A stretch of 64,000 bases of DNA from Phoronis australis. Lineage: Eukaryota; Animalia; Phoronida. The DNA is taken from assembly GCA_002633005.1 (NCBI GenBank), contig NMRA01000344.1, positions 289,365-353,364 of the forward strand, in the 5' to 3' direction. A program made the translations under genes and the position numbers. A model generated the notes under the pieces. That model made no database searches. It was not told the origin of the DNA and saw only the letters and a program-made list of their open reading frames with translations. Positions 26,501-38,356 of the stretch are shown here, piece after piece. How positions within the stretch are numbered: the first letter of the stretch is position 1; every line of letters starts with the position of its first letter.

Positions 26501-29500
26501 GCACAAAACTCTGGCTATCATTCTTAGTTTAGTGTTTGCTAGTTGTTCAAAAACTACCGTATTTCCACCTTCTGCTAGCTACCATAAAACAACTGAAACA
26601 GTTCTGTGGCAATGCAGTACTTTGGATGGTGTGTTTCACTTTTTGTACCAACATATCTCTGTCTTCCCTGTGTGTGTGTGTGTGTGCGCGCGCGTATGTG
26701 TATGTTTACGTGACTACTGTGCATTCCTCTGTACCTGACACTGTTCATGTTTAAAGTTCTTGTGTTCTGCTCACTAGCTCAATATTGTTTTCCATGACCT
26801 TTCAACCAAAACTAAGTGCTACAAATCCTTCTTGAATGCTTCTTCATTGTCTGGAACTGTCAGTTAATACACATTCTATAGAGACTAATGAATTTTCAAA
26901 TGAAAAACCAATTGTATTGTAATTCTCTTCACTAATAAAAGCAAGAATTTGTATAATTCTTAAACGTTGCTCTAATCAATTACTACGCCACAAGAAAGGT
27001 TTAAACAATCAAATTTAGCCGTAAAATCATTAATAATTGGCTCAGTTTTTTTGCTAACAAAAACGTAGTTTGTAACAGTAACAGAAAATTAGGATAGTCG
27101 AATAACGGTACTGTTGGCAAAGCAGCCATGTGTTCCTCTGGTGGTCTGGATGATAGAATAAACATTGTTAAATGAAGATTTTTTTCCCTAAGATAAAAGA
27201 TTGTTGAAGCTATGATAACTGCGAGGAGACATGTTGTAGACCTATGCTCCCCATTGTTTGGTGGTTGAACATAAACTCTCTTCACACCAAAGTGGTTGGA
27301 ACTTTTAAAACCCATTCTAAGGTAAATCGTAATAAGTGTCAGTTTGCACTCTTAACACTGGTTTTAAAAGTTGTTACTGCAGTTAGCTTACAACCCTCCA
27401 TGAGGGTGGTTTATAACATGATGTGAACACGACAGATTGCAAAAGTTGTAACTCTGAGTGGCGCTGCTGTCAAATCTGGTTGGAAACAACAACACACTGA
27501 GCCACTAACTGGGGTGAATCAGAAAGTGATAGTGACTAAAACGATGAACTAGCATTATAACATTTGAAGTAGCATGAACAATTTGCTCTTACAACTGTAG
27601 AAGGAGCTGCTTGTTACCAAGCTTAGTTGGTCTGAACATTGCTATATGGTTTTATGTGTGGTGTGTATACAACATTGTCAGTCTCAACAATAACTGTTAG
27701 GTCTCCAGGTACAATGTCTTGCACTGTATACATTGGTCTTATGTCATTCTGAGTGCATTTGTTTGTGTTTCTCATAACTCTGTCTTGCACTGTAGACATA
27801 GGACTAATGTCATTCTGAATGCGTTTATTAATTATTTCTCTTGATTCTGTCTTGCACTATAGACATTGCAAAAATCAGATTCTGAATGCATTTGTTGTGT
27901 GTTCATTGATTGCTGTGTTTATTGATCTATTTCACCTGTGTGTCACCTCCAAACCTCATACATGTATATAGGTCATAATTGATTCATCGCCAGATGATAT
28001 CCTTTTTGCATTTGTATCTCTGGACAAAACAAGAGTCGTATTAGAATCAAGCGGTCCTTTTTTTGAGGATTTACCTGGGGTCTCGTGATCATTGTTTCTA
28101 CGAAGACACTGTAATGTGTCAGTTTTTAAGCCCTCGAATTTTACAGTGTTGCACAGGTTGAAGGCTGTCTCGCCAATATTCCCATAACTAAAACAATCCT
28201 GTTTTATATAAGATCAGCATTGCGTTAGCAGTGGTTTGCAATCTTAGTGCAAGGGTCAACAAGTTGAATAAGTTAAACCTTACCTTTTGACTTTTATGTC
28301 ATTACCTTGGTACACTGGTTTTGAATTCATTACCTTGGTACACTGGTTTTGAATTCATTACCTTGGTACACTGGTTTTGAATTCATTACCGTGGTACACT
28401 GGTTTTGAATTCATTACCTTGGTACACTGGTTTTGAATTCATTACCTTGGTACACTGGTTTTGAATTCATTACCTTGGTACACTGGTTTTGAATTCATTA
28501 CCTTGGTACACTGGTTTTGAAATCAACCTTATGATATTGTTCCCTAATTACACAGAATGGAGTTCATTGAGAGTTTCATCTGTAAGATTCACCATCCAGT
28601 AACTTGATTCCTTTCCATTTTCAGTTGTGGCTTGAGCTAATTGGTGACTTAAACCTGTTGGTTCTGTTGTTGCTAGTTGCTCTTGAACCTAGTCTTTTGG
28701 TCTGTGCTTAATTGAAGTTTAAAGACAGACTTTCAAGTTAGACTATATGCTGTCATCAGCACTAAGTGTGGTAAAATGTCACCGATTTAGGACAATGTAG
28801 CGGACAGGTGAAATTTTATTTATTTTGTTTTTTTCTGTTAATGATACATAGCATTGAAGTATTGCTTTTTGCACCTTCAAGGTATGTACCATATTGCTAC
28901 CATCAGACAATAGATTGAAAACTTGTGGCCATTCACAATATTAGAACTTTTTGAAAAATGAAAACGGGGAAGTAGGGCATTTGTTTTTGTCCAGAATTGT
29001 TGAGATTTTCACCATTACTTGTAGCTAAGTTTTACCGCCTGACTTAATGTGCTGAATCACTTGTGATCTTCGATGCTCGCTTTTCATCAATGTCAGCACA
29101 GTTTTTTGAAATGTGTTTTCTCTTTCAGACATATCCCACCCGCTATGCGGTCGAAAACGCAGGTGAGGAGTTTAGAAGACATGGCATCCTCAAGGTCAAG
29201 GACGCCACAACGAAACCTTTCGAGGTCATACTCAGAAAGCTCCGATACCAACAGTACCCGCGAGGGCCAACGGGAGTCTCTCGATCTATCTGACCAATCA
29301 GACAGAGAAGAGAGGAAGCGCTTAAGGACTTGTCCAACATTTTTTTCTGTTATGCAAGTCAGGTAAACATTGGAGGTCATTAGTATGTTGATTTTATGTC
29401 ACAATCACTGCTGTTTTGTCGCACCTTGTCTCTTTGCACTTGTTTCACCTGTGATATTTTTTGTTTGTTTCTAACTTTGAAATCAATTGATATGTGTATA

Positions 29501-32500
29501 TTATTAGCGCGCAGTACAATTTCAAACATAATTGATTGAAAACGTGTTTCATTAATGTTAAAATTTCACCACTTTAGGACACAATAGGGCTGACAATAGG
29601 ACTGAGAGTTGAAATTTTGTTTTTCGTTTTTTTTTCATATACAATGTTACACCTTTCTGTAGGATATCTACCATGATCACACAAAATTTTGAAAATTCTG
29701 GGTTTTCACAATAATGACATTTTAGAAATGAGAAAAAGGTAATGTTGGCAATTTTTTTGTCTGAAATTGCTGGAATTTTATTGTAGAAACCCATTTGCGT
29801 ATTTCTAAAATGGTTTGCTCCTAATTTTTTATTGAAAACACGATAGTGATGTCCGTTCACACTCATTCAAAAGTTGCAGTATATTGGTCGATCTTCCCAA
29901 AATGAAGTGTGAAGCCTTTAATTTGCTTAAAACCACCATTTCTCTTGTTTCAACTGTATAATCAGCATCACTAAACCTTCCTGTATAGCAGTGCACATCA
30001 TAACCGTGAATTTAGTATTTCCAAAATGAGAAAATAGAAGAAAACCAAAAGTTTCTTATCTTCATGGATATGAATGTGATACAGGAACTTACCCAGCGCT
30101 ACTATGTCATGTCCATCAACATGCAAGTGCCAGAATATGAAAAGAGCTACTACATGGTCAACTACTGAGTTATCACAACCACTACAAACACAATTCCTCA
30201 GTGCGGTCAACTACTGAGTTATCACAAGCACCACAAACACAATGCCATGTCATTCTTTAGTGTTATACCAGAAACCACAAGAAAAGGAGCTGCAATATCT
30301 GACCACTATTCACACTAAACACAGTAACAGAGGGTGATTACTGCTGTGATTGGTTGTCTCGATTCTACATAGAATGTATTGAACAAAAAATGCTCATTAA
30401 CCAAGATGAAATGATTAACGTAGTATCAGATAGTGTTTGCGGGAATTCTAATTTGACAGATAATGGACTGGTGTGGTTGTTTTGCTGTTTTTTGTTATGA
30501 AATTAGTGATTTTAAGCACTTAAAAAGGTGTAATTTTCCAGAAATTGCTATCAAATACAAGTGTACTTCAAAAGGTCACTGTGGTAGTCTTCAAACTGGT
30601 GACATTTTACCAGAAAGGACTGTACAATGGGTATGACCTACACATTCAATATAACTGCCATAAGTGTGTTGCTAAGCATTCACGCAAAACATGGTAGCCA
30701 AGAACCAGAGGACACCAGTACTTTGTAACAGGTAGTAGGCTAGTTCTAAATTGATTGCTTTTCCCAACCTAGCGAAAAAATAGATGACCTAGGGTGTGCA
30801 TTGTTCCATTACAGTTTTGTGCATATCTGTTGCAACGAAGACGGAGGTATCCCCATCCCCAAATTCCTTGAAGCGTGCCTTGCTCTGGCTGGTGTTTTTG
30901 GTAAGTTTAATTGTATTGTCTAAGGAAAGATGTAAGTAGTTGTTTTTGTGCTTACGCAGGCTCTGTTTGGTAGTGCAGCATTTGACGCTTAGCTAAACAC
31001 CAAGTTGCATTTGGCGACCTAGCAAAAATCCCAGGTCACCAAAAGTGAAAATCTTTTGTCGACCAAACAAAAAGAAAAAAAGTCGGATGGCGTAACGCCA
31101 CCCAGTATCCCGTAAATGCCTAAATGTAGGCGTATGTTCATTCTTTAACTCAATTCCTCCCACCGGCGAATGAACAAGGAACTCGGACAACCAAATGGGC
31201 TTGTAGCGAGCAAATTTCACCAGGCTTGCCCGATTTTTGCCGAACAATTCTGATTTCTGTCTGTTTACTTCCTCTTGTAATTTACATGTGGTGGCAAATG
31301 CGCTGATTTTGCAAAATAAATGGAACAATTGTGAATCAAAGGTTACTCTAAGAAACACAAACTTTGAAACGAATTTGTAGGGAATTGATTTACTGGTACT
31401 TTAGTACTTGCAATGGCGACATTGTGGTGACTTGGAATTTTTCCAGGTCGTCAAACACAATCTTAGGTTGCATTGGTCGCTAAATCGTGCACTGTTGTGA
31501 AATGAAGTTGACCTTGAATCCAATGCTTTTTAGAAGTGTGTCTGACTTGAAGTTGGTGAGCTCAACTAAGCTGAAGCCATAAAAAGGACAGAGTTTCAAA
31601 TTGGGTTTTATGCACCATGGGTCCATCCTTCATTACCCAGGGCTTGGAATTTTCCGCGGAAACGCGGATTTCCGCTTTTTTGAAATGTGCTTTCCGCTTT
31701 TATAATGTTTCCGCATAAAAAAATCAGATTTGATATGAAATTTCCGCGGCAAAATTCCTTTCTTACCGCGGCGTTGCAGACGACGTTCACCTCGGAAAGC
31801 GAAAGTCTTAATGTTTCGGAGGAACGTAAATTGTCAACATCGCCGGGGCATCTGGGTAAAGCGTGGTCTGATTTTCAATGGCGGCTCGTGTTATTGTTAA
31901 GCGCGGCGACAAATACTACCGCTCTGCAGCCAAATTTGTGTGGGTTGGGAGTGGACGGGCGAGCGAAAAGGACGCAGACGCATGCTACTGATGGTGGTAA
32001 CGTTTTTTTTTTTTTTTTTTTAGTCCCGATTTTTGTCGCGGAAAAGTTCACACTGACCATTTCAAAGGCTGGTTATCGCGCATGATTTGGGCCGTAAAAG
32101 TTTCCGCGTTTTTTGTCATTGGTCATTCCAAGCCCTGATTACCTGCACATGTCCAATTCAATATAGGCAGGAGACTGAATTCTTCATGAGTTTTGTTTAA
32201 CAGTTTTGGATGTACCTGCCCAGAATGTCTGATTACAAACCATCCAAAAGTTGGAAGACTATACTGAATTAGTGAATATTTCTTTGAAATTAGCTTATAT
32301 CTTCAACATCGTGCATTAGAATAAATCTTTCCATTTGTCTTTGTAAAACCACGCAATTTTTATCCTTCAGTATTTTAACCTGGACAGTTTCATGTAAATT
32401 ACTTTGATGTGCCAATAATGGATTATGGTATCTTTAACTGAAGACAATGCCACCATACTGCAGACATACATAATTACAGTGTGCTGACATTGGTGGTGCA

Positions 32501-35500
32501 TAAATATCCGAGCAAAGATAAAGTTGCTGTTAAATTGTTCTTACTAGGCCTCATTTCATTCCTTTATCTCTCTATTGCACATATACTTTCACCTTGATAA
32601 GTTATCACGTAGAGAAGAATCAGGCTTGCCTCTCCATTGTTACATTATCACAGTGGTTATCTCGATTTATCAGTATTTATCTCTTGCACTTGGCACAGTT
32701 GATGCGGCAATAGTCTGATATAACGTGCCTGTATTTTGAGAAACAGTTTGATGCCCGTTATTCAGTGCAGAAAACTGGTGCACAAAATTCGGGCACATTA
32801 TATCTGACCATTACCGTTAATCCAGTGAGGAGACTCACACCTACCTCTTTCTCTATGCCTATCTTCAGTTATCATTTACTGTTGCTCTTTGTACACATAC
32901 AGTTAATAAACTGACTGCACTTTGTATAGCTAGTAGTTTTATCTCAAGTATTGGGTAGACTAATTGCATGTATTTCATTGCCGGCATGACATCTACATTC
33001 ATTGACACTATGTCCATAATGTTTTCTCATATTTTGGATATACGATGTTTTGAGGTGGTGATGTACTAATAGCATGCCTGTACGATGTCTTGAGGTGGTC
33101 ATGTAGGAACATCCTGTGTATACGATGTTGTGAGGTGATCATGTAGGAACATCCTGTCTATACGATGTTTTGAGGTGATCATGTAGGAACACCATGTCTA
33201 TACGATGTTTTGAGGTGATCATGTAGGAGCATCATGTCTATACGATGTTTTGAAGTGGTCATATAGGAACATCATGTGAAAACCATGTTTTGAGGTGGTC
33301 ATGTAGGAACATCCTGTCTATACGATGTTTTGAGGTGGTCATGTAGGAACATCATGTCTATACGATGTTTTGAGGTGGTCATGTAGGAACATCATGTCTA
33401 TACGATGTTTTGAGGTGGTCATGTAGGAACATCATGTCTATACGATGTTTTGAAGTGGTCATATAGGAACATCATGTCAAAACCATGTTTTGAGGTGGTC
33501 ATGTAGGAACATCATGTCTATACCATGTTTTGAGGTGGTCATGTAGGAATATCATGTCAAAACCATGTTTTGAGGTGGTCATATAGGAACATGTCTATAC
33601 CATGTTTTAAGGTGATCATGTAGGAGCATCATGTCTATACAATGCTTTGAGGTGGTCATTTAGGAACATCATGTCTATAATCTCTTGGTTTATTTCTTCC
33701 ACCATCTTGCCTATTTTCAAATTACCCCAACGTCGCAGTCCATCTTTACATGTTACAGCATTCTTAGAGGAATGAGCTTGGGTGTGTGGCACACTCATCT
33801 TGGGCTCTTGGATGATATTTTTTCTCTTGGTACATGTCAGGGTTTGAAGCTGGTACCTCGTCAACTCAGCACTCTCACCACTAGGCCAGTAGGTCTTCCA
33901 TTAATTTTGTGAGAAATTTGCTGTACGGAAGGAGGGGTAGACAGGTGTCTTTTGGCTTCTTGCTAGGTTAACTGGAGACATTGCCGTGCATAGCCTCTTT
34001 GCTCCAGCCTTTTTCACTGTGAGTCGAGTATCCTTATGTTATTGCACAATATGCTGTGTTGACCATGTATGATCTGCTACTCCTGAAGAGTTGTTACCAG
34101 CTCTGCAGTGTTTCTCTGTGACTGTTCAGTTATCCTGGTTTCCTGTGGTCTTAATGTTTCTCTGTTATGGGATTCACCACATTCAAATGGGATTTGATGG
34201 ATGGCCTTTTTCTTTTCCCCAAGTCTAACTTTGTTTTAACTTAGGTCAGTCGTCAACGGAGGATGTTTGAGCTACGATATACAGTTAATAGTGTGAATTC
34301 CTTGCATTCGCACCATAGCTTTTGAGAGATTCCAGGTATGATCAAAGACAAACCGATGAAACAAATTCATTATTATTGTACATGATATTTTAGATCTAGT
34401 CTATACATTTCCATTCTTGGAAATTCCCAATGTCTTTTTACTACAAGTTTTTCTGTGATGTCCACTCGTTGATGTTGTGTTATGTCTTGTAACACGATGA
34501 TGTTCTTCTTGTCCTACAGATAAACTTAGTGCCACCGCGTTTGCACCTGTTAAAATGGATTTCACAGGTAATATCAAGGTAAGTGTAATTTGCATAATGT
34601 CTGTATGTATATTGTCTGATACTACGAAAACATTGAGCTGTAGCTTCACATAGACCCTTGATTTGTTATGCAGAATTATGATAACATTGAATATGACAAT
34701 TGTTGTGCTTGCAGAATGCATGATTATTTGTTTTTATTAAAAATGGTCTCTATGAAATAGAGGAAAATTTGTCTAAATGTGGATTCTATGTGCTTGACTT
34801 CAGAAAATCCAACAAAAATATTCCACAAATCCGGATCAGTTTCTCAGTCTTCAGTCTCTGGTGCTGTATGAGAAGAAGGCAAAGGAGTCAGCTGATCCAA
34901 ACTCAGGCACACAGGCCTTACTTTGGCTGAAGAGGTATGGCATTCAAACTTGATCTATGTGATCAAAGGCGTTTATACTCTCTACGATTATATTTTTGCA
35001 ATTTTTGTGACAAGATTGCCCTTGAATGACTTGAGTTACAGCAGGTTGAAATCAAGTCTGAGACTGTCTTCTCATGAAGATTTTTAACGAAAATGAGCCC
35101 CTTATAGACACCTTGATGTCACAAATTTGCTTTGGGATATTAAAGTGTTCTAGAACGGAACTATGTCTACAAACTTTCCTAAATTGTTTTTGGAAGCTCT
35201 CTTTACTTCAACCTTTCAACACTTTCTTAGCTAATGTTCACAGACTTACGAAATTCCAAGTGGGAGTTAATGCCTTCTCTAGGTATCTTGAGGTTGTCTG
35301 TCCTGAAGTCTTCATTGGTTGTTACAGAGGTCTGGAGTTTATCTCGTTGTTCCTGCAAGAGTTGGCTCAAGGGGAAGAGGACTTGTCTGCTGCGGCACAC
35401 AAGGCCTACAGCAAAGCACTGAAGCCATACCACGGATGGGTAGTTAGGGGCATGTTTGGGGTAGGTTAGCACTGACTGTAGAGGTGCTGGGAAAGCTAAA

Positions 35501-36282
35501 TGAAGATGACATGCTGTAGTTATGATAATCATCACTTTGTCTAGTATATCGTATTTACTGTCAAATCCAGACCGACAATGGTTTTGAAATCCAGATATCA
35601 ATCTAGTTTATTGTTTAGCTTTCTGTAGTTTTTGTTTCTTGTATGGCAATTATCTATCATGCTTTAAGGGTTATTTCAACTAGTGTGTTTTTCACCATAG
35701 AATCATTGATTTCTTAACCTGGTAATTGTTCGGCTCTATAGTCAAAAGAAATGGAGAGTGTTTATGATGTCAGAGTTGATGTCGTTTATGAATCTTATAC
35801 AAATCTATTAATTGCAGTACAAGGTGTTATTTACATTAGTGTGTTCAGTTTTATTGTGACAAATATTTTGAATGTTGTTACTGTAAATTCCCAATTCTTT
35901 GATTTCTCAATCTTTATCCTCTCGTGCAGCTTTGTATAAAAGAATATTGAAGAATTTCCATAAAATTTTTGCAACCACTTGCATTTCTATTTTGAATTTC
36001 TACTACGCATCGAGGTTCAGGGTTCAAATCATGTCAACTTCGTTCTAACACGATTCTTCACACGTCATTTTGCTCTCGTTTTAGCTTGCCATGAAAGCTG
36101 CACCATACAAGACACAGTTCTTTGAGCATCTCTCTGTGTCAAGGACTCACTGTGCTAGTCCAGGATTTAACAAACAACTTGTCTCAGATATCAGGAACTA
36201 CACAGCCTCTCTCGAGTCATTGTTAAACAAGATCAACAAATTCTACTCAGTTGAGAATCTTCACTCTGCCGAACCTGTGTAA
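5508..36282 (+). CDS. PLEKHA8: PLEKHA8/FAPP2: PH domain + glycolipid transfer (GLTP) domain, 12 coding exons, 509 aa
   Basis: Exons 5508-5547, 14062-14178, 15291-15461, 17289-17428, 19046-19219, 20734-20780, 29129-29362, 30815-30900, 34520-34578, 34804-34934, 35328-35460, 36085-36282 (1530 nt, all GT-AG, phases consistent). FAPP N-terminus [22 protein letters not shown]; [14 protein letters not shown]; GLTP motifs [30 protein letters not shown]. Confidence 0.93.
5708..7345 (-). mobile_element. Non-autonomous LTR retroelement (TRIM-like) carrying a URB2 fragment
   Basis: Direct repeats 5708-5901 and 7130-7345, each TGT..ACA. GTGT TSD at 5704-5707 and 7346-7349. Minus-strand PBS TGGTAGCAG (7123-7115), complementary to the 3' end of initiator tRNA-Met. 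Purine-rich GGTGAGGAGCAG next to the other LTR. Confidence 0.8.
6060..6752 (+). pseudogene. URB2: 5'-truncated, frameshifted copy of URB2 (Urb2/Npa2 C-terminal region)
   Basis: [57 protein letters not shown] resembles the URB2 C-terminus as I recall it. The upstream segment ([13 protein letters not shown]) is in another frame, implying a frameshift at about 6195-6222. No introns. The 5' boundary is approximate. Confidence 0.8.
7509..7756. mobile_element. PIF/Harbinger-like MITE
   Basis: TIRs GGGCCCGTTCCAA / TTGGAACGGGCCC; 3-bp CAG on both flanks. Confidence 0.8.
8401..8495. repeat. Tandem repeat, about 33 bp x 3
   Basis: AATGCACCATCAGGACACGTGTCC units. Confidence 0.75.
10124..10280. mobile_element. 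Tc1/mariner (pogo/Tigger-like) MITE
   Basis: Perfect TIR CCGTAAACGTTCGGGTTAACGCCC; TA TSD; same family as 38197-38356. Confidence 0.85.
14062..14178 (+). CDS. PLEKHA8: PLEKHA8 exon 2
   Basis: tttcag|GTTGGCAG..ACGG|gtatgt; encodes [16 protein letters not shown]. Confidence 0.93.
14219..14625. mobile_element. PIF/Harbinger-like MITE
   Basis: TIRs GGGCCCGGTCTCTAATCTTT / AAAGATTGGAGACCGGGCTC; internal CTCGAA/TTCGAG subrepeats. Confidence 0.75.
15291..15461 (+). CDS. PLEKHA8: PLEKHA8 exon 3
   Basis: Encodes [26 protein letters not shown]; GT-AG boundaries. Confidence 0.92.
15662..17074. mobile_element. 1.4-kb non-autonomous Tc1/mariner (pogo/Tigger-like) element
   Basis: TIRs CTATATTTGCCGTAATAACCGCCCA / TGGGCGGTTATTACGGCGAATACGG, flanked by TA; no intact transposase ORF. 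Confidence 0.75.
17289..17428 (+). CDS. PLEKHA8: PLEKHA8 exon 4
   Basis: Encodes [23 protein letters not shown]; ttag| and CAG|gtaatt boundaries. Confidence 0.9.
18213..18256. repeat. (AGT/AGC)n microsatellite
   Basis: Read directly from the sequence. Confidence 0.8.
19046..19219 (+). CDS. PLEKHA8: PLEKHA8 exon 5
   Basis: Encodes [19 protein letters not shown]; cgcag| and AAG|gtaaca boundaries. Confidence 0.9.
19854..20379. mobile_element. Kolobok-like MITE (degenerate)
   Basis: Imperfect inverted ends TTAAGGTTATG.. / ..TATAACCTCAA with a TTAA-type target. Confidence 0.4.
20734..20780 (+). CDS. PLEKHA8: PLEKHA8 exon 6 (47 nt)
   Basis: Strong polypyrimidine tract and ttccag|; donor AG|gtatgt; supplies the phase 0 to phase 2 change needed between exons 5 and 7. 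Confidence 0.8.
20964..21190. repeat. 37-bp minisatellite, about 6 copies
   Basis: Unit TTGAATGTATACTGGACGGGCTGGAGTCAGCCTGTTA. Confidence 0.92.
21270..21383. mobile_element. Short palindromic MITE (related copies at about 32703-32820; more diverged at 23593-23698 and 38465-38580)
   Basis: Inverted ends AGTCTGATATAAC..GTTATGTCAGACT; close match at 32.7 kb. Confidence 0.7.
21710..21915. repeat. (CCTA)n/(ACTA)n tetranucleotide microsatellite with an N at 21866
   Basis: Read directly from the sequence. Confidence 0.92.
25717..25746 (+). CDS. PLEKHA8: Candidate 30-nt cassette microexon of PLEKHA8
   Basis: tgtttttctccgtcag| T ATG CTG CAG GCC CCT GCT CAT GAG ATC AG |gttggt; phase 2-2, no stop; downstream ACTAAC and TGCATG. 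Confidence 0.5.
27715..27900. repeat. Degenerate tandem repeat, about 66 bp x 3
   Basis: TGTCTTGCACT..TTCTGA(A/G)TGC units at 27715, 27781 and 27848. Confidence 0.7.
28300..28521. repeat. 28-bp minisatellite, about 8 near-perfect copies
   Basis: Unit CATTACCTTGGTACACTGGTTTTGAATT. Confidence 0.95.
29129..29362 (+). CDS. PLEKHA8: PLEKHA8 exon 7 (Ser/Arg-rich linker, start of GLTP region)
   Basis: tttcag| and AG|gtaaac boundaries; ends PTFFSVM. Confidence 0.88.
30815..30900 (+). CDS. PLEKHA8: PLEKHA8 exon 8
   Basis: Encodes [20 protein letters not shown]; acag| and G|gtaagt boundaries. Confidence 0.9.
31638..32137. mobile_element. hAT-like MITE with 6-bp TSD
   Basis: TIRs CAGGGCTTGGAAT / ATTCCAAGCCCTG; ATTACC on both flanks; TTCCGC subrepeats. 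Confidence 0.8.
33038..33680. repeat. 40-bp minisatellite, about 16 copies
   Basis: Unit TATACGATGTTTTGAGGTGGTCATGTAGGAACATCATGTC. Confidence 0.95.
34520..34578 (+). CDS. PLEKHA8: PLEKHA8 exon 9
   Basis: Encodes [20 protein letters not shown]; donor |gtaagt. Confidence 0.92.
34804..34934 (+). CDS. PLEKHA8: PLEKHA8 exon 10
   Basis: Encodes [18 protein letters not shown]. Confidence 0.92.
35328..35460 (+). CDS. PLEKHA8: PLEKHA8 exon 11
   Basis: Encodes [28 protein letters not shown]. Confidence 0.92.
36085..36282 (+). CDS. PLEKHA8: PLEKHA8 exon 12 (last coding exon)
   Basis: ttttag|; encodes [20 protein letters not shown] followed by TAA. Confidence 0.9.
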   Translation, partial: LAMKAAPYKTQFFEHLSVSRTHCASPGFNKQLVSDIRNYTASLESLLNKINKFYSVENLHSAEPV

Positions 36283-37766
36283 CCATCTCTGTTGCTGGAG
36301 GTTCTCGCATATGCAATGCAAGACTGTTCACGTGTCCACCACACAATGTGTCGTCAGTTTGTGTGTTCAGCAACTGGGTACCCAGGCATGGTGTTGTATT
36401 GTGTAATGGATGAATTGTCGTGAGCTGGTGGTCAACAAGTGTGATATCTGTGGCATGTTAGCTCTTGGTGTAAAGGTTGAATTGTCATGAGCTAGTGGTC
36501 AAAAAGTGGCGTCTAGACATGTTAGCTCTTGGTGTTACTGGAAAGTGTCACACATAGATTAGTGGTAGGAGCAGTTACCCAGAATGCTTTGTTGTCAGGT
36601 TTAGTCACCGCCAAATTGTCACGAGAGCAAAGTTTTGATTCTGAAAATAGTAAAAAGATTATATATAAGTGGTCAACAATTATGATCCCCGCATTATGTG
36701 GAAATGAGGTGACATGAATGTGGTTTAGGTTTGTTTTGAACATCACATGGATTGTGGGAGGGAATTATTTGCTTCAAGTCAAGTGTTTTTAGTTTCCTTG
36801 CTCAAATCACAGGATCCTTCTTTGGACCTGAACGAGGTTATTCTCTCACCCACTAACAACCATATTGCTCTTGAGGCAGACATGAAGACAGGCGGAAGTC
36901 GGCTTCAAACTGAGTTCAGTCATTACTTCCAAGTTTAAAAGCTACCTGTAATATTGTTAAGCAACTTTTTGGTACCATTTTAATCGCAACTGGTTTAAAT
37001 CCAAAGTTGAAGATTTCGAGACATGGAATATCACAAAGATTGTGTTTTAAATTATTAACATTCGATTGGAACAGCTGTATGATAAAAAGTTAATATCCAA
37101 CTCAGTTATGAGACAATTCTGTTTTTCTATTGCTTGACTCTTGAGGGAGAAATGTTAACTACTAAACACTAGATTTATTGTTCTCGTTAAAGTTACTTGT
37201 TAGATATTGAGAGGTTCCACTGTTATGGTATCTGTTTATTAAGGTCGACCATTATAATGTTGACTCCCTTGATTGCTTGTATGCATTTCCAAACAAATGT
37301 TAGATTCTCTGTTATAATACATCATTATGTTGCCACCTATGGACTCACAGTTGTTGTTGCTGGGATGTGCAGTCAAAATACTGTGAGAGGGCTATGAACA
37401 TATTAACATATTTATTGAAACACTGTCAGTGTTAAATTGCCACTGTACATATTAACAAAGAAATCTGTCACGTTCTTTATGATTTTGGGTTCTATTTATT
37501 TTCATTGTGAGACACTAGGTATACAGTAATTTCCAACATAATCTGCTAGACAGACTTGGATAAAACTCTTGTCAGACTCGGCCAAAGTTGTACGAATTTC
37601 TTGCCATAATTATTTGGAAGTTGAATGTTTGTCCCAAGTAATAGAGTTTTTGTGGAACTTTAGTCAGAGTTTAATAAGATGTTATTGTGCCTAGTCACTA
37701 AATGTGTACTTACAAATGGAATGTACTTGCTCAGCGAGTTGTCATGATTTTGACAAAGTGCACCTG

Positions 37767-38108
37767 TTAAGGTTAGGTGTACTCCTAATAATATTTTTTT
37801 TTCTTGAAATATCAAAGTAACTAGTGAATGCCTATTCATAAAAGTGTTTACTTTCTGATACTAGGACTAATCTTGTCATTCACAACACTATACCATTCTC
37901 AGAGTCATGTGAACATGGGTTTTTGAAAAAAATGTTGTTTTTTGAAAAGTACATTGATAGGAGAATAGTCTTTTCACCGACTTTTCTCAAATATATATTT
38001 TCTGTGTTAATACTTCAATAAAATGCTCAAAGCACCATGTCTGGCGTTGCCCATACAGGTAGGACCCATGTGTTTGTTTTTGTGAAATAGGAGTACATAT
38101 AACCCTAA
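37767..38108. mobile_element. Kolobok-like MITE downstream of the PLEKHA8 stop codon
   Basis: Inverted termini TTAA-GGTTAGGTGTACTCCTA.. / ..TAGGAGTACATATAACC-CTAA. Confidence 0.65.
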
Positions 38109-38196
38109 GATTTGACAGAATTGGAACTGTTTCTGTTATGAAAAGAAGTGGATATTTAGCTGTTGTTTTTTTTGCACTGAAAACTGCTGTACACTA

Positions 38197-38356
38197 CCGT
38201 AATCGTTCGGGTTAACGCCCTGGGCGGTTAAATTGGCGAATCCAAAAAAATCGGGGGAGGGCGGTTAACCGAGCAGTGGGCGGTTAAATCGAAAATCCAC
38301 TTAAAGTCGGGGATGGGCGGCTAACTGAGCATTGGCGTTAACCCGAACGAGTACGG
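38197..38356. mobile_element. Tc1/mariner (pogo/Tigger-like) MITE
   Basis: TIR CCGTA.TCGTTCGGGTTAACGCC; TA TSD; inverted relative to the 10124 copy. Confidence 0.85.

Noticed and set aside
29363-29366. Intron read-through stop giving a 308-aa PH-only (PLEKHA3/FAPP1-like) isoform
   Set aside because: GTAA donors commonly create in-frame stops, and I saw no nearby polyA signal or other support.
33038-33680. Regular 28-44 bp repeat arrays as possible CRISPR arrays
   Set aside because: Units are contiguous with no unique spacers, no cas genes are present, and the context is eukaryotic.
34245-34335. Possible 91-nt poison exon in PLEKHA8 intron 8 (ttag|..CAG|gtatga, in-frame TGA)
   Set aside because: Splice-like signals alone are common in AT-rich introns; there is no independent evidence.
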